From assembly GCA_965213925.1 (NCBI GenBank), contig OZ243927.1, positions 800,001-864,000 on the forward strand: a DNA stretch of 64,000 nucleotides, given 5' to 3'. The notes under the pieces were generated by a model. The model saw only the letters and a program-made list of their open reading frames with translations. It was not told the DNA's origin and made no database searches. The position numbers and the translations under genes are program-made. This DNA comes from Trueperaceae bacterium. GTDB lineage: Bacteria > Deinococcota > Deinococci > Deinococcales > Trueperaceae. Every line of letters begins with the position of its first letter. Position 1 is the stretch's first letter. Below, in pieces: positions 50,901-59,795 of this stretch.

Positions 50901-52184
50901 TCATATTGCGCCTCGGTCGGTATCTCCCCCGCGTAAGTTCAGCATCTTGTCCATAATGACCTCCCCGCGACCAGGTTCACTCCAAGGGCAGACCTCGATA
51001 CAGATCGCGCAGCTCTCGTTGGCGACGAAGTAAGGTGCGCAGCGGTCGAAGTTGATAAACCACCGCTCCTCACCTCGGACCATCTGTTTGGTTTCGAAGA
51101 TGGCTTGCGGCGGGCAGTTGGTCGTGCAAATCTGGCAGGACATGCAGAAATCGTCCACGCCTATGTCGATAGGTACATCGGGTTCCAGGGGCATGTCCGT
51201 AAGTACCGTCGCTAGCCGCACGTTAGAGCCGTAGTCCTTGGTGATCATCGAGTTGTGCTTGCCGAGCTGCCCTAAGCCCGCTGCAATCGCGATGGGCACG
51301 TGTTGCACTTCAGACGTACCGGGCGCGATGTTCGTACACGCTATCGCCGGATAACCCCGACTGCGGATGTATTCGGCAAGACGGATCGCTGCCAAGCCGA
51401 CCTTACGGTAAATGCGAAAGACCTCGGCATGCGTGCGTATCTGGGTCGGGTAGCGCATCTCCTCGCGGTCCATCGGCACAGCGATAGAAATGGCGTACTT
51501 AAACGAAGGCTCGAAACCGTCGAAGAACCACTCATCTTGAGGCTCGGTGATGCCGACTAGAGCCGCGCCGTGCTCCTTGGCAACCGCTTTGACTCGTCCG
51601 CTCATCGCTTTGGGGCTCGTCACCGTCTCCCGCCGCCTCGCGACCGCCCCGACGCGCCGCCGGTCATCCCAGAACAGACGTACAATGACACGGGTAATTC
51701 GCCAAGATGTGAGCGTGAGGAGTACCTGGTGCAAGCCGCCCCAAGCGTAGCTAAAATCGAAGAAGAGGTAGTAGGGCCGACGCTTTTCTGTTTCGTCCAG
51801 ACCGCTTATGACCATACCCGAGACGGGCGGTTTGCGGTAGGCAAAAGGATAGCTGGGCTCCGGGTAGGACGGAAGGGCGACGTCGGGGGACTTGCGGGGC
51901 GGCAAGTCAGTTTTGGGCGACAGGTCCGCGCTGATGTTCGGCAGTGTGTCAAACTGCTGCGTCTCCGCGTCTGGCGGCTTTGGGAGGTCTTCGATCCAGA
52001 TGGTCTCTCCCCTCGAGATTTTCCGCCTGAACTGCCACTTTTGCCACTCACCGACCGTCCAATAGGCGAGTGTTGCCCCGGCGGCAAGCCCGACGCTTCT
52101 CAGCATCCTCCCCGCTATACGGACGTGCTGAGCGAGCTGTTCGGTACAGGTTCGGGGACGTTCAATCTTGACTGCCATCCACAT
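50901..52184 (-). CDS. Reductive-dehalogenase-like 2x[4Fe-4S] protein, copy A
   Basis: GA.LVGIT, AAGLGQLGKH..ITKDYG.NVRLATVLTDMPL..D.PIDIGV..FCMSCQICTTNCP, C-X9-CAICIEVCPWS. Confidence 0.8.
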   Translation of the reverse strand: MWMAVKIERPRTCTEQLAQHVRIAGRMLRSVGLAAGATLAYWTVGEWQKWQFRRKISRGETIWIEDLPKPPDAETQQFDTLPNISADLSPKTDLPPRKSPDVALPSYPEPSYPFAYRKPPVSGMVISGLDETEKRRPYYLFFDFSYAWGGLHQVLLTLTSWRITRVIVRLFWDDRRRVGAVARRRETVTSPKAMSGRVKAVAKEHGAALVGITEPQDEWFFDGFEPSFKYAISIAVPMDREEMRYPTQIRTHAEVFRIYRKVGLAAIRLAEYIRSRGYPAIACTNIAPGTSEVQHVPIAIAAGLGQLGKHNSMITKDYGSNVRLATVLTDMPLEPDVPIDIGVDDFCMSCQICTTNCPPQAIFETKQMVRGEERWFINFDRCAPYFVANESCAICIEVCPWSEPGRGEVIMDKMLNLRGGDTDRGAI

Positions 52185-52256
52185 CTCCTCTAGGTTGGGG
52201 CTTTTTACAAAAAGTCAATACATCTTCGTTACGGTAATGTGACAGGAAAGTCACCT

Positions 52257-53525
52257 TCACGTTTCGGCACTCCCGCGGCGGCTGAGCATCTTGTCCATGA
52301 TGACGTTGCCGCGCCCCGGTTCACTCCACGGGCAGACCTCGATGCAGATGCCGCACCCCTGGTTGGCTGAGAAATAGGGGACGCACTGATCGAAATTGAT
52401 GAACCACCGCTCTTCACCCCGCACCATCTGCTTGGTCTCGAAAATGGCTTGCGGCGGGCAGTTTGTCGTGCAGACCTGGCAGGACATGCAGAAGTCGTCC
52501 ACACCGATGTCCACGAGCTGGTCAATTTCCAAAGGCAGATCAGTCAAGACCGTCGCGAGCCGCACGTTCGCGCCGTAATCCTTTGTGATGATCGAGCCGT
52601 GTTTGCCAAGCTGCCCCAACCCGGCTTCAACCGCAAGGGGAATGTGTAGCACCTCCGTCGTGCCAGGAGAGATGTTCGTGCTAGCCCTGGCGGGATAGCC
52701 TAGGCTGCGGATGTGTTCGGCGAGGCGGATGGCGACGCGCCCCACGTCCTCGTAAATGCGAAAAACCTCCACCATCGCACGCTCGCTCGGCGTGTAGCGC
52801 ATCTCCTCGCGGTCCATTGGCACGGCGACGGAGATGGCATATTTGAATGAGGGCTCGAAGCCCTCGAAGTACCACTCGTCGCGCGGCTCGGTAATACCGA
52901 CTAAAACCGCGCCGCACTCCTTCGCGACCTCTTTGATTCGTGCACTCATCGCCGCTGTATCAGTAACCGGCTGCTGGTCTTTCCAGACCGCCCCGTCACG
53001 CCGCGCGTTATCCCGGAAGATGCGCACGACCGATCGCACGACGCTGAGTGGGATCAGAGTAAAAAACACTTGCGTCAAGCCGCCCCAGGCGTAGCTAAAG
53101 TCGAAGAAGAGGGGGCGAGGTCGGCGCTTCTTTGCCTCGTCTAAGCCGCTGATGACCATGCCCGACACGGGCGGCTGCCGGTAGGCGAAGGGATAGCGGG
53201 GTTCGGGGTAGGACGGCAGGGCGACGTCGGAGGACTTGCGGGGCGACAGGTCGGTTCTCGGTGATAAATCAGCCTGAATATTCGGTAATTCGCCGAACCG
53301 CTGCGTCTCGGCGGAGGGGGGCTTGGGCAGGTCCTCGATCCAGACGGTTTCGCCGCGGGCGCTCGAGCGCGTCAGGTGCCGCTCCTGCCAACGTTTGAGC
53401 GTTCGGCTGGCGAGCGTCACGCCTAGGGCTAAGCTCGTGTTCACTAGCTTGTGCCGCGCGGCGCGAATGCGCTGGGAGAGGTGCTCGGCGCGGGTTTTCG
53501 GATGGTCATTTTTGGGAAGAGTCAT
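52257..53525 (-). CDS. Reductive-dehalogenase-like 2x[4Fe-4S] protein, copy B
   Basis: Same motifs as copy A (CMSCQVCTTNCP; CGICIEVCPWS); close paralogue. Confidence 0.8.
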   Translation of the reverse strand: MTLPKNDHPKTRAEHLSQRIRAARHKLVNTSLALGVTLASRTLKRWQERHLTRSSARGETVWIEDLPKPPSAETQRFGELPNIQADLSPRTDLSPRKSSDVALPSYPEPRYPFAYRQPPVSGMVISGLDEAKKRRPRPLFFDFSYAWGGLTQVFFTLIPLSVVRSVVRIFRDNARRDGAVWKDQQPVTDTAAMSARIKEVAKECGAVLVGITEPRDEWYFEGFEPSFKYAISVAVPMDREEMRYTPSERAMVEVFRIYEDVGRVAIRLAEHIRSLGYPARASTNISPGTTEVLHIPLAVEAGLGQLGKHGSIITKDYGANVRLATVLTDLPLEIDQLVDIGVDDFCMSCQVCTTNCPPQAIFETKQMVRGEERWFINFDQCVPYFSANQGCGICIEVCPWSEPGRGNVIMDKMLSRRGSAET

Positions 53526-53540
53526 GGTAGTTTGCGACGG

Positions 53541-54950
53541 TTACGCCGCTCGAGCCTCGCGCTTCACCATGCTAGGCTCGACCTCCGCCGCCTCCAACAT
53601 CGCCTCGACGGATGCGAACTTCGTGCGCCACCGCCTGTTCTGCAAACCCCCTGCACGTCGCTCCGCCCGGTCGATGCGCCGCCAGTCCTCCTTAGTCACG
53701 TAGCGCACATCCTTCTCCTCTAAGAGCCGGTTCACCGCCTCAGGTTCGGGGTTTTGTGCACGGGGCAGGCTCGGCAAGTCTTCGAGAAGATGCCGCACGG
53801 TCTCCTCGGCGTCGGTTTTGTTCGTACCGATGACGCCCGAAGGTCCGCGCCGCACCCAGCCGGAGGTGTATTCACCCGGTACGACCTCACCATCTGAAGT
53901 CGTCACACGCCCACCCTCGTTCGGGATGACGCCGCGCTTATCGTCGAAGGGCACGTCCGGAAGAGGCTGGCTGCGGTAGCCGACCGAACGCAGCAGCAGA
54001 CCGGTATCCAAGTGCTCAAGCTCACCCGTGCTAACAGCCGAGAGGCGGTCGCCCTTGGGCTCGAGCCGGTTCTTTTCCAACTTGAGCCCTTGTACCCGCC
54101 CCTCTCCTAGCACTTCAACCGGCGACCTGAAGAAGTGAATATGGACGCGCTTCTCTGCGCCGGGCTTGCGCTGATCTGCGTATTCGGTAAACAGCGCCAC
54201 GTTTCGCCGGGTCTTCTTCGCTTCTAATTCATTTTTGAACGTGTCCTCTTGGTCGGACTCGAGGTCCGCTGGGTCCACAACCATATCTACATCAGGCAGT
54301 TCACCCACTTCGCGCAGCTCTTTGGGCGTAAAATTCGCCTGCGAGGGTCCGCGCCGCCCTAAGATGTGAACGTCGGTGATGCTCGAGCGTCTAAGCGCGT
54401 CCACCGCATAGCCCGCCATGTCGCTCTCGGCGAGCGCGTCCGGGTCCTTGAGGAGTGCCCGCGTCACGTCCAGCGCGACGTTGCCCATGCCGATGATGGC
54501 GGCGTGCTGCGCATCTAGGGGCGGATTCAACCCTGCGTGGTCCGGGTGCGCGTTGTACCACGCGACGAACTCGGTGGCGGAGAGGCTGCCGGGGAGGTCT
54601 TCGCCAGGGATGCCCAAGGACTTATCGCTGCTCGCGCCGACCGTATAGATGACCGCGTCATAGTGCCGCTTTAGCTCGCCATGCGTGATGTCCTGACCGA
54701 ACGTGACGTTGCCGAAGTAGCGCACCGCCTCGTGCTTCAAGATGAGGTCGAAGGTGACCGACTTGGACTTCACTACGGGGTGGTCGGGCGCGACGCCGTA
54801 GCGAACTAGCCCGTACGGACTCGGCAGGCGTTCGAAGAGGTCCACGGACACCTTGCCCCCATTTTTCAGTAGGGCGTGCGTCGCGTAGAAGCCTGCCGGA
54901 CCTGCGCCGATGATCGCGACGCGCAAAAGGCGTGAGGAATGTTTAGACAT
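53541..54950 (-). CDS. Ferredoxin-NADP+ reductase (adrenodoxin reductase/FprA-like)
   Basis: GAGPAGFY, PYGLVRYGVAPDH, GMGNVALDV.R, GRRGP, GW.RRGPSGVIGTN. Confidence 0.92.
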   Translation of the reverse strand: MSKHSSRLLRVAIIGAGPAGFYATHALLKNGGKVSVDLFERLPSPYGLVRYGVAPDHPVVKSKSVTFDLILKHEAVRYFGNVTFGQDITHGELKRHYDAVIYTVGASSDKSLGIPGEDLPGSLSATEFVAWYNAHPDHAGLNPPLDAQHAAIIGMGNVALDVTRALLKDPDALAESDMAGYAVDALRRSSITDVHILGRRGPSQANFTPKELREVGELPDVDMVVDPADLESDQEDTFKNELEAKKTRRNVALFTEYADQRKPGAEKRVHIHFFRSPVEVLGEGRVQGLKLEKNRLEPKGDRLSAVSTGELEHLDTGLLLRSVGYRSQPLPDVPFDDKRGVIPNEGGRVTTSDGEVVPGEYTSGWVRRGPSGVIGTNKTDAEETVRHLLEDLPSLPRAQNPEPEAVNRLLEEKDVRYVTKEDWRRIDRAERRAGGLQNRRWRTKFASVEAMLEAAEVEPSMVKREARAA

Positions 54951-55030
54951 GGAAACTCTCTTTCATCTAAATTTGCTTCTGAGATACGAGTAATTGCGAA
55001 GCGCCACGGTTGTCTCCTCGAGTTGACAAA

Positions 55031-55131
55031 CAGCAATTCCATTACTCGTTGCTACACCACTGATTGCGTCCATTTCTATTCGCATCCGCTCACACTTTTG
55101 CTTGCTACAGCAAGCAAAAGTGGAAATGCTA
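55031..55131 (+). repeat. Dispersed hairpin element E2
   Basis: CAGCAATTCCA...CGCATCCGCTCA-CACTTTTGCTTGCT-AC-AGCAAGCAAAAGTG-GAAATGCTA. Confidence 0.8.
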
Positions 55132-55293
55132 AAACAAGTGAAAGGGCGAAAAGGCTTCTTCATCTAAACTAAGTATATTAGGTGATTATTTCATCTATAG
55201 GTATCTTCACTTACATTGTGATAGTGCTTTTGTGAATCCTCCATTTTTGCCTATCGCACAAAGCTCTGGACGTAGCGTCCTTAAACACCTTTG

Positions 55294-55424
55294 TTGGTTC
55301 ATCCAGCAAGTTCATCGTAATTTTTTAGCTCAAGAGTCCTGTTCACAACGTAAAAAGTGATTAGCAAACCTACACGAAATTTAGTGGACGATCCATTGTG
55401 CGGCAGACGCGCGCGTTCGCCGCG
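55294..55424. mobile_element. IS630-derived MITE (55294-55396) plus abutting REP-like palindrome
   Basis: TTGGTTCATCCAGCAAG...GGACGATCCAT-TG-TGCGGCAGACGCGCGCGTTCGCCGCG. Confidence 0.7.
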
Positions 55425-55666
55425 TAAAACTTTGCCGTAGTTGAGCCGAAGTACCAAAGAGGAGGTACCTGTTTTAGCAGGTGTCCACGCCCTACCTGAT
55501 CCCTCACACCCTTGCCACGTCGCGGCTATAGTGTTCTAAGCAGCCCGCTTAACGCGCCTGAAAGGAGAGGTGAGACGCGCTTGGTCAAGCATCGCAGTTC
55601 TTACACGCGTCAATACAACTTTTTTGGAGACACCACGTTGACTCAAGGTGTTTTCAAGAACTACTT

Positions 55667-56587
55667 ATGAAAGCCGTCGTATACACAGAGTACGGACCCC
55701 CCGAAGTTCTGCACCTCAAAGACGTCCCCAAACCCAAGGCGCGCGGTAACGAGGTGTTGGTCAAAGTTCACGCAACCACCGTCACCGTTGGCGACACCAT
55801 TATGCGCAGCCTCGACATCCCTGGTCCGCTTTGGCAGCGGCTTCTGGCGCGGCTCTACCTGGGCATTCGCAAACCCCAGCGGCAGGTTCTAGGGATGGAA
55901 CTGGCTGGGGAAATCGAAGCCGTAGGCAAGAAGGTGACCCGCTTCAAGCCCGGCGAGGCAGTTTTTGCCTCTACTTTTGCCATCAACTTTGGCGGTTACG
56001 CCGAATACAAGTGCTTGCCTGAAAGTGGCATACTGGCGCACAAACCGACCAACCTCACCTTCGAACAAGCCGCCGCGGTCCCTGGTGCAGGGATGACAGC
56101 TTTGCACTGTCTCAGGAAAGGGAACATCCAACCCGGACAGAACGTGCTAATTTATGGCGCGTCCGGCGCGGTCGGCACGAACGCGGTGCAGCTCGCCAGC
56201 CGTTACTTCGGGGCGGACGTGACCGGGGTGTGCAGCGCCGCCAACCTGGAACTGGTTAAATCCCTGGGCGCAGTCAAAGTCATCGACTACACCCGCAAAG
56301 ACTTTACCCAAAGTGGCGAGCGCTATGATGTCACTTTTGACGTGGTGGGCAAGCTTTCACCCGCGCAGGCGGAAAAGGCGCGTCAACAGGCGGGTACCTA
56401 CCTTGACGTCCACGCCGACTCGAACGGCGGCGACAAAGTTGAAAATCTGCTCTTGCTTAGAGAGATTATCGAGGCGGGCAAGCTAACGCCAGTCATTGAC
56501 CGCGTGTATCCGCTGGAACAGATTACCGAGGCGCACCGGTATGTAGATCAGGGGCACAAAAAGGGAAATGTAGTTGTAACTGTGTGA
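55667..56587 (+). CDS. NAD(P)-dependent alcohol dehydrogenase (MDR family)
   Basis: MKAVVYTEYGPPEVL, GGYAEY, YGASGAVG, VIDYT, GHKKGNVV. Confidence 0.92.
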   Translation: MKAVVYTEYGPPEVLHLKDVPKPKARGNEVLVKVHATTVTVGDTIMRSLDIPGPLWQRLLARLYLGIRKPQRQVLGMELAGEIEAVGKKVTRFKPGEAVFASTFAINFGGYAEYKCLPESGILAHKPTNLTFEQAAAVPGAGMTALHCLRKGNIQPGQNVLIYGASGAVGTNAVQLASRYFGADVTGVCSAANLELVKSLGAVKVIDYTRKDFTQSGERYDVTFDVVGKLSPAQAEKARQQAGTYLDVHADSNGGDKVENLLLLREIIEAGKLTPVIDRVYPLEQITEAHRYVDQGHKKGNVVVTV

Positions 56588-56598
56588 GCGGTAAAAAA

Positions 56599-56667
56599 GT
56601 TTAACAACGGATCACAAGCGGCGTTGCTCCGCTGCGCTCTGCGACTGCCTGAACTCAACCGTTAGGA
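56599..56667 (+). other. attC-like integron cassette recombination site (degenerate)
   Basis: GTTTAAC ... imperfect palindrome ... GTTAGGA, 69 bp, 11 bp after the ADH stop. Confidence 0.5.
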
Positions 56668-56765
56668 GAGACAGACGTGCGCTTCTCTCGGACATTGTTC
56701 TACTTGCACCTGGCGCTGGTTGAGCCAGACCCCTATAGTGGGGCAGGGGCAACGAGGAGATCACG

Positions 56766-57415
56766 ATGCGACATGCCTACGGTCTGGACATCCCGCAAAC
56801 TCTCGAGGAGACGCTCGACCCCCAACGTACCGCCCTCATCGTCTACGACATGCAGGTCGGCATTCTGCAACAACTCGCTCACGGCGCGGAGGTCCTCGAA
56901 AAGGTACGGCAGGTGTTAGGAGCCGCCCGCGCGGCCTCCATGCGCATCTTTTTCATGCGGCACATGTCCTTGCCCAAAGAAGCCGGCGGCGTATTCGGGC
57001 TCCACATGGCGATGCGCTGGCAGCACGTGACAAGTGTAGAGGATGTGCAGCCTTGGTTCCTGCGTAACTCGCCGGGCTTTCACATCACCCCGGAACTCGA
57101 GCCCCGAGCGAGGTCGTCTTCGACAAGATCACGATGTCTGCCTTCGAGGGTACCCCGCTCGACATCGCCCTGCGCGACTGCGGCATCAACAGCTTCGCCA
57201 TCGTAGGCGTCGCCACCGAGATAGGCATTGACCCTACGGTGAGGCACGGCGCGGACCTCGGCTACCTGCCCATCGTCGTGCGCGATGCGTGCGGCGCGGG
57301 GCACCACGAGGCGGGGGAGCGCGCTCTGGAGAACCTCGCCTTCGTGGGGGACGCCCTATTTACCGACACCGCCACAATCACCGACCTGCTCGCTAGGTAC
57401 GTAACGACGGTCTGA
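56766..57415 (+). pseudogene. Isochorismatase/cysteine hydrolase, frameshifted near 57105
   Basis: TALIVYDMQ in frame 1; FDKITMSAFEGT..D..LR, GVATEIGI, V.DAC in frame 2. Confidence 0.8.
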
Positions 57416-57441
57416 CCCTTTACTGAAGTGAAACTGCCTTC

Positions 57442-57467
57442 TGCGTGAGATGCGCGCGTTCGTCGCA
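57442..57467. repeat. REP-like palindrome
   Basis: TGCGTGAGATGCGCGCGTTCGTCGCA. Confidence 0.7.
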
Positions 57468-57595
57468 CAAAAACACTTCCGTCCGGAACCTCTAAGCTGC
57501 TCTCGCATCAAGGCAGTTGCTTGACAGAAGGCTGAACTCTTCTTGGTAGGTTGCGCTGTTACTTAGCTGCGTTAAGTTTCAATTAGGAGGCGAAC

Positions 57596-59434
57596 ATGGA
57601 GCAGTTCGACCGGCGGACGTTTCTGAAGCGGATGGGCGTGACGAGTTTAGCGTTGGCGACGCCCTATATCCTCACAGCGTGTAGCGAGTTAGAAAGCGTA
57701 CCCGCTTTTAGCGGCGAAGATGAGGATGTCGCGGACGAGTTCGCGGCGCTCCAAAAAGACCGTGATCCGAAAGAAGTTTTTAGCTTGTCGGTAGCTTCGG
57801 GCGACCCCACGCCCTCAGGCGTGATGCTCTGGACACGCATCGACCCAGCGGCCTATAAGAAGAACAAGAAGCTCGCCTTCGAGGTGGCGCGTGACGCGGA
57901 CTTTGAGGACGTCGTGGCGAGAGGTCGCGTCAAGGGCAGTGACATCACGCCGGAGAACGACTACACAGTTAAGTTGCACCTAGACGGCAAGCTACCTCCC
58001 AATACGCGCCTCTACTACCGCTTCGCCTACCGGAAGACGGGCAGCCAAGTCGGGCGTTGTCGCACAGCTCCGGCAAGGGGTGAGGAGACCGAACGCCTCA
58101 AGTTGGGCGTCATCACCTGCCAGGACTACACCAACGGCTATTACGGAGCGTTGGAGCAGCTCGCTCAGGACGACGTGGACTTCGTCGTTCACCTGGGAGA
58201 CTTTATCTACGAGACTTCGGGCGACCCGCGCTTTCAGCGTCAACCTTTTGAGGACCGCACCTTTTCCTTGCCGAGCGGCGGCGAAGCAGCGCTGAACTTA
58301 GAGGACTACCGCTTCATCTACCAGCTCTACCGGAGCGACGCCTTTTTGCAGACGCTCTTGGAGCAGCACACCCTCATCGCCATTTGGGACGACCACGAGA
58401 CCGCTAACGACTGCTACTGGGACTACGCGGACGGCTGCGTAGGCGTGCCCGACCACCCGTACGCGGACGCACCCCGCGAAGTTCGCAACGCCCTCGCCTT
58501 CGACGCGCGGCGGGCTTGGGCGGAGTATCTGCCTGCTAGAGTCACCTTGCAAGAGGACGCTGATGACCCGCGCCAGTTTTTGGACATCCGCCGGACGTTC
58601 GCCTTTGGCACGCTGCTCGAGCTGTTCATGACCGACGAACGCTCCTACCGCGATCCACCCCCTTGCGGCACCGGCGACGCAGGCGAGCGCTACTTCACGC
58701 TGGGCTGTCCCGAGCAGGATGACCCGGAGCGCAGCATGTTAGGGCCGCAGCAGCGTGAGGGACTTCTCAGCGGCATCAAAAATTCCGAGGCGACCTGGAA
58801 GGTATGGGGTAACGAGGTCTTTCAGGGACCTCTCAAAGTCAATCTGGGTGACGGAGCCTCTCTTTACCTCAACCTGGACGCTTGGGACGGCTACGAAGCC
58901 GAACGCGAGCGGATCATGCGAGAGCTGAAAGAGGCTAACGTGAAGAACCTAGTCGTGCTGACGGGCGACCTGCACACCTACATCGCCTCGTACCTCAAGG
59001 TGGACTACGGTAGAGACCCCTTCAACATTGACCCGCGCAACCTTGTCGGGGTGGAATTCATGACGCCAGCGGTCACGTCAGCGAACTTTGCTGAACTCAT
59101 CGGGGTAGGTGGGGACAGAGGTTCGTTCGGCGAGTCGTTCGGAACCCAGAATTTAAGCACGCAGGAGGTCGAGCGGTTGGAGCAGCAAGGGTTAGAAACC
59201 CTCGTGCGCATCACCAACCCCCATATTCAATTCTTCAACTCCGAGGACTGGGGCTACTCCACCGTGGAGTTCACAACCTCTTACTGCGAATACACCGCTT
59301 ACAAGGTGGACAAGTCGAAGCCCGAAGGAGATGACAAAGTGATCTTGAAGCGGCTGCGCGTGCCGGTGAACCGAGTGCGCATCGAGGATACGACCTCAGC
59401 TGGCACAGGTATCTCGCTCGTCACGTCGGCTTAG
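57596..59434 (+). CDS. phoD: Alkaline phosphatase D, Tat-exported lipoprotein
   Basis: DRRTFLK, LTAC lipobox, SVASGDP, HLGDFIYE, WDDHE, DAWDGY, LTGDLH. Confidence 0.93.
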   Translation: MEQFDRRTFLKRMGVTSLALATPYILTACSELESVPAFSGEDEDVADEFAALQKDRDPKEVFSLSVASGDPTPSGVMLWTRIDPAAYKKNKKLAFEVARDADFEDVVARGRVKGSDITPENDYTVKLHLDGKLPPNTRLYYRFAYRKTGSQVGRCRTAPARGEETERLKLGVITCQDYTNGYYGALEQLAQDDVDFVVHLGDFIYETSGDPRFQRQPFEDRTFSLPSGGEAALNLEDYRFIYQLYRSDAFLQTLLEQHTLIAIWDDHETANDCYWDYADGCVGVPDHPYADAPREVRNALAFDARRAWAEYLPARVTLQEDADDPRQFLDIRRTFAFGTLLELFMTDERSYRDPPPCGTGDAGERYFTLGCPEQDDPERSMLGPQQREGLLSGIKNSEATWKVWGNEVFQGPLKVNLGDGASLYLNLDAWDGYEAERERIMRELKEANVKNLVVLTGDLHTYIASYLKVDYGRDPFNIDPRNLVGVEFMTPAVTSANFAELIGVGGDRGSFGESFGTQNLSTQEVERLEQQGLETLVRITNPHIQFFNSEDWGYSTVEFTTSYCEYTAYKVDKSKPEGDDKVILKRLRVPVNRVRIEDTTSAGTGISLVTSA

Positions 59435-59538
59435 TGCAATTGAACGTAGGCTCACTGCGGGATGGCCGCTGCTACTGAGCGCCATCTCTACGGTGTAAGG
59501 ATGAGCGGTAGTGGCAACTCTCCCTGGGCATGGTTCGC

Positions 59539-59575
59539 GCTTCTGCCACGAACGCGCGCCGTTCGTGGCAGAAGC
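59539..59575. repeat. REP-like palindrome variant
   Basis: GCTTCTGCCACGAACG-CGCGC-CGTTCGTGGCAGAAGC. Confidence 0.7.
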
Positions 59576-59795
59576 GTTGCAGTTAGCTGAGGTCACCGAC
59601 AAGGTCAGCAGACGTCTTCACTTGACAAGAGAGGTCCGTAACGCCGAGCGAGTCATCTTCCTAAACGAATCAGGCACAAGGCAACGAACGGCTGACAAAG
59701 GGGTGTTATGAAGGATTATCGGTACGGAGATGTCTTCTTGTAGACAGGTCTCTTCAAAGGGCTGAGCGAGCAAGCAAAACGCACGAGAGGGAGCG

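Noticed and set aside
50901..53525. Housekeeping queG epoxyqueuosine reductase
   Set aside because: Tandem duplication, RdhA-like spacing and FNR/MarR context argue against it, and I see no QueG-type YGCDxCQ motif; not formally excluded without phylogeny
54951..55290. Cobalamin riboswitch upstream of the FNR-rdh operon
   Set aside because: No recognisable B12-box; the structured part is the dispersed element E2. An Rfam scan would settle it
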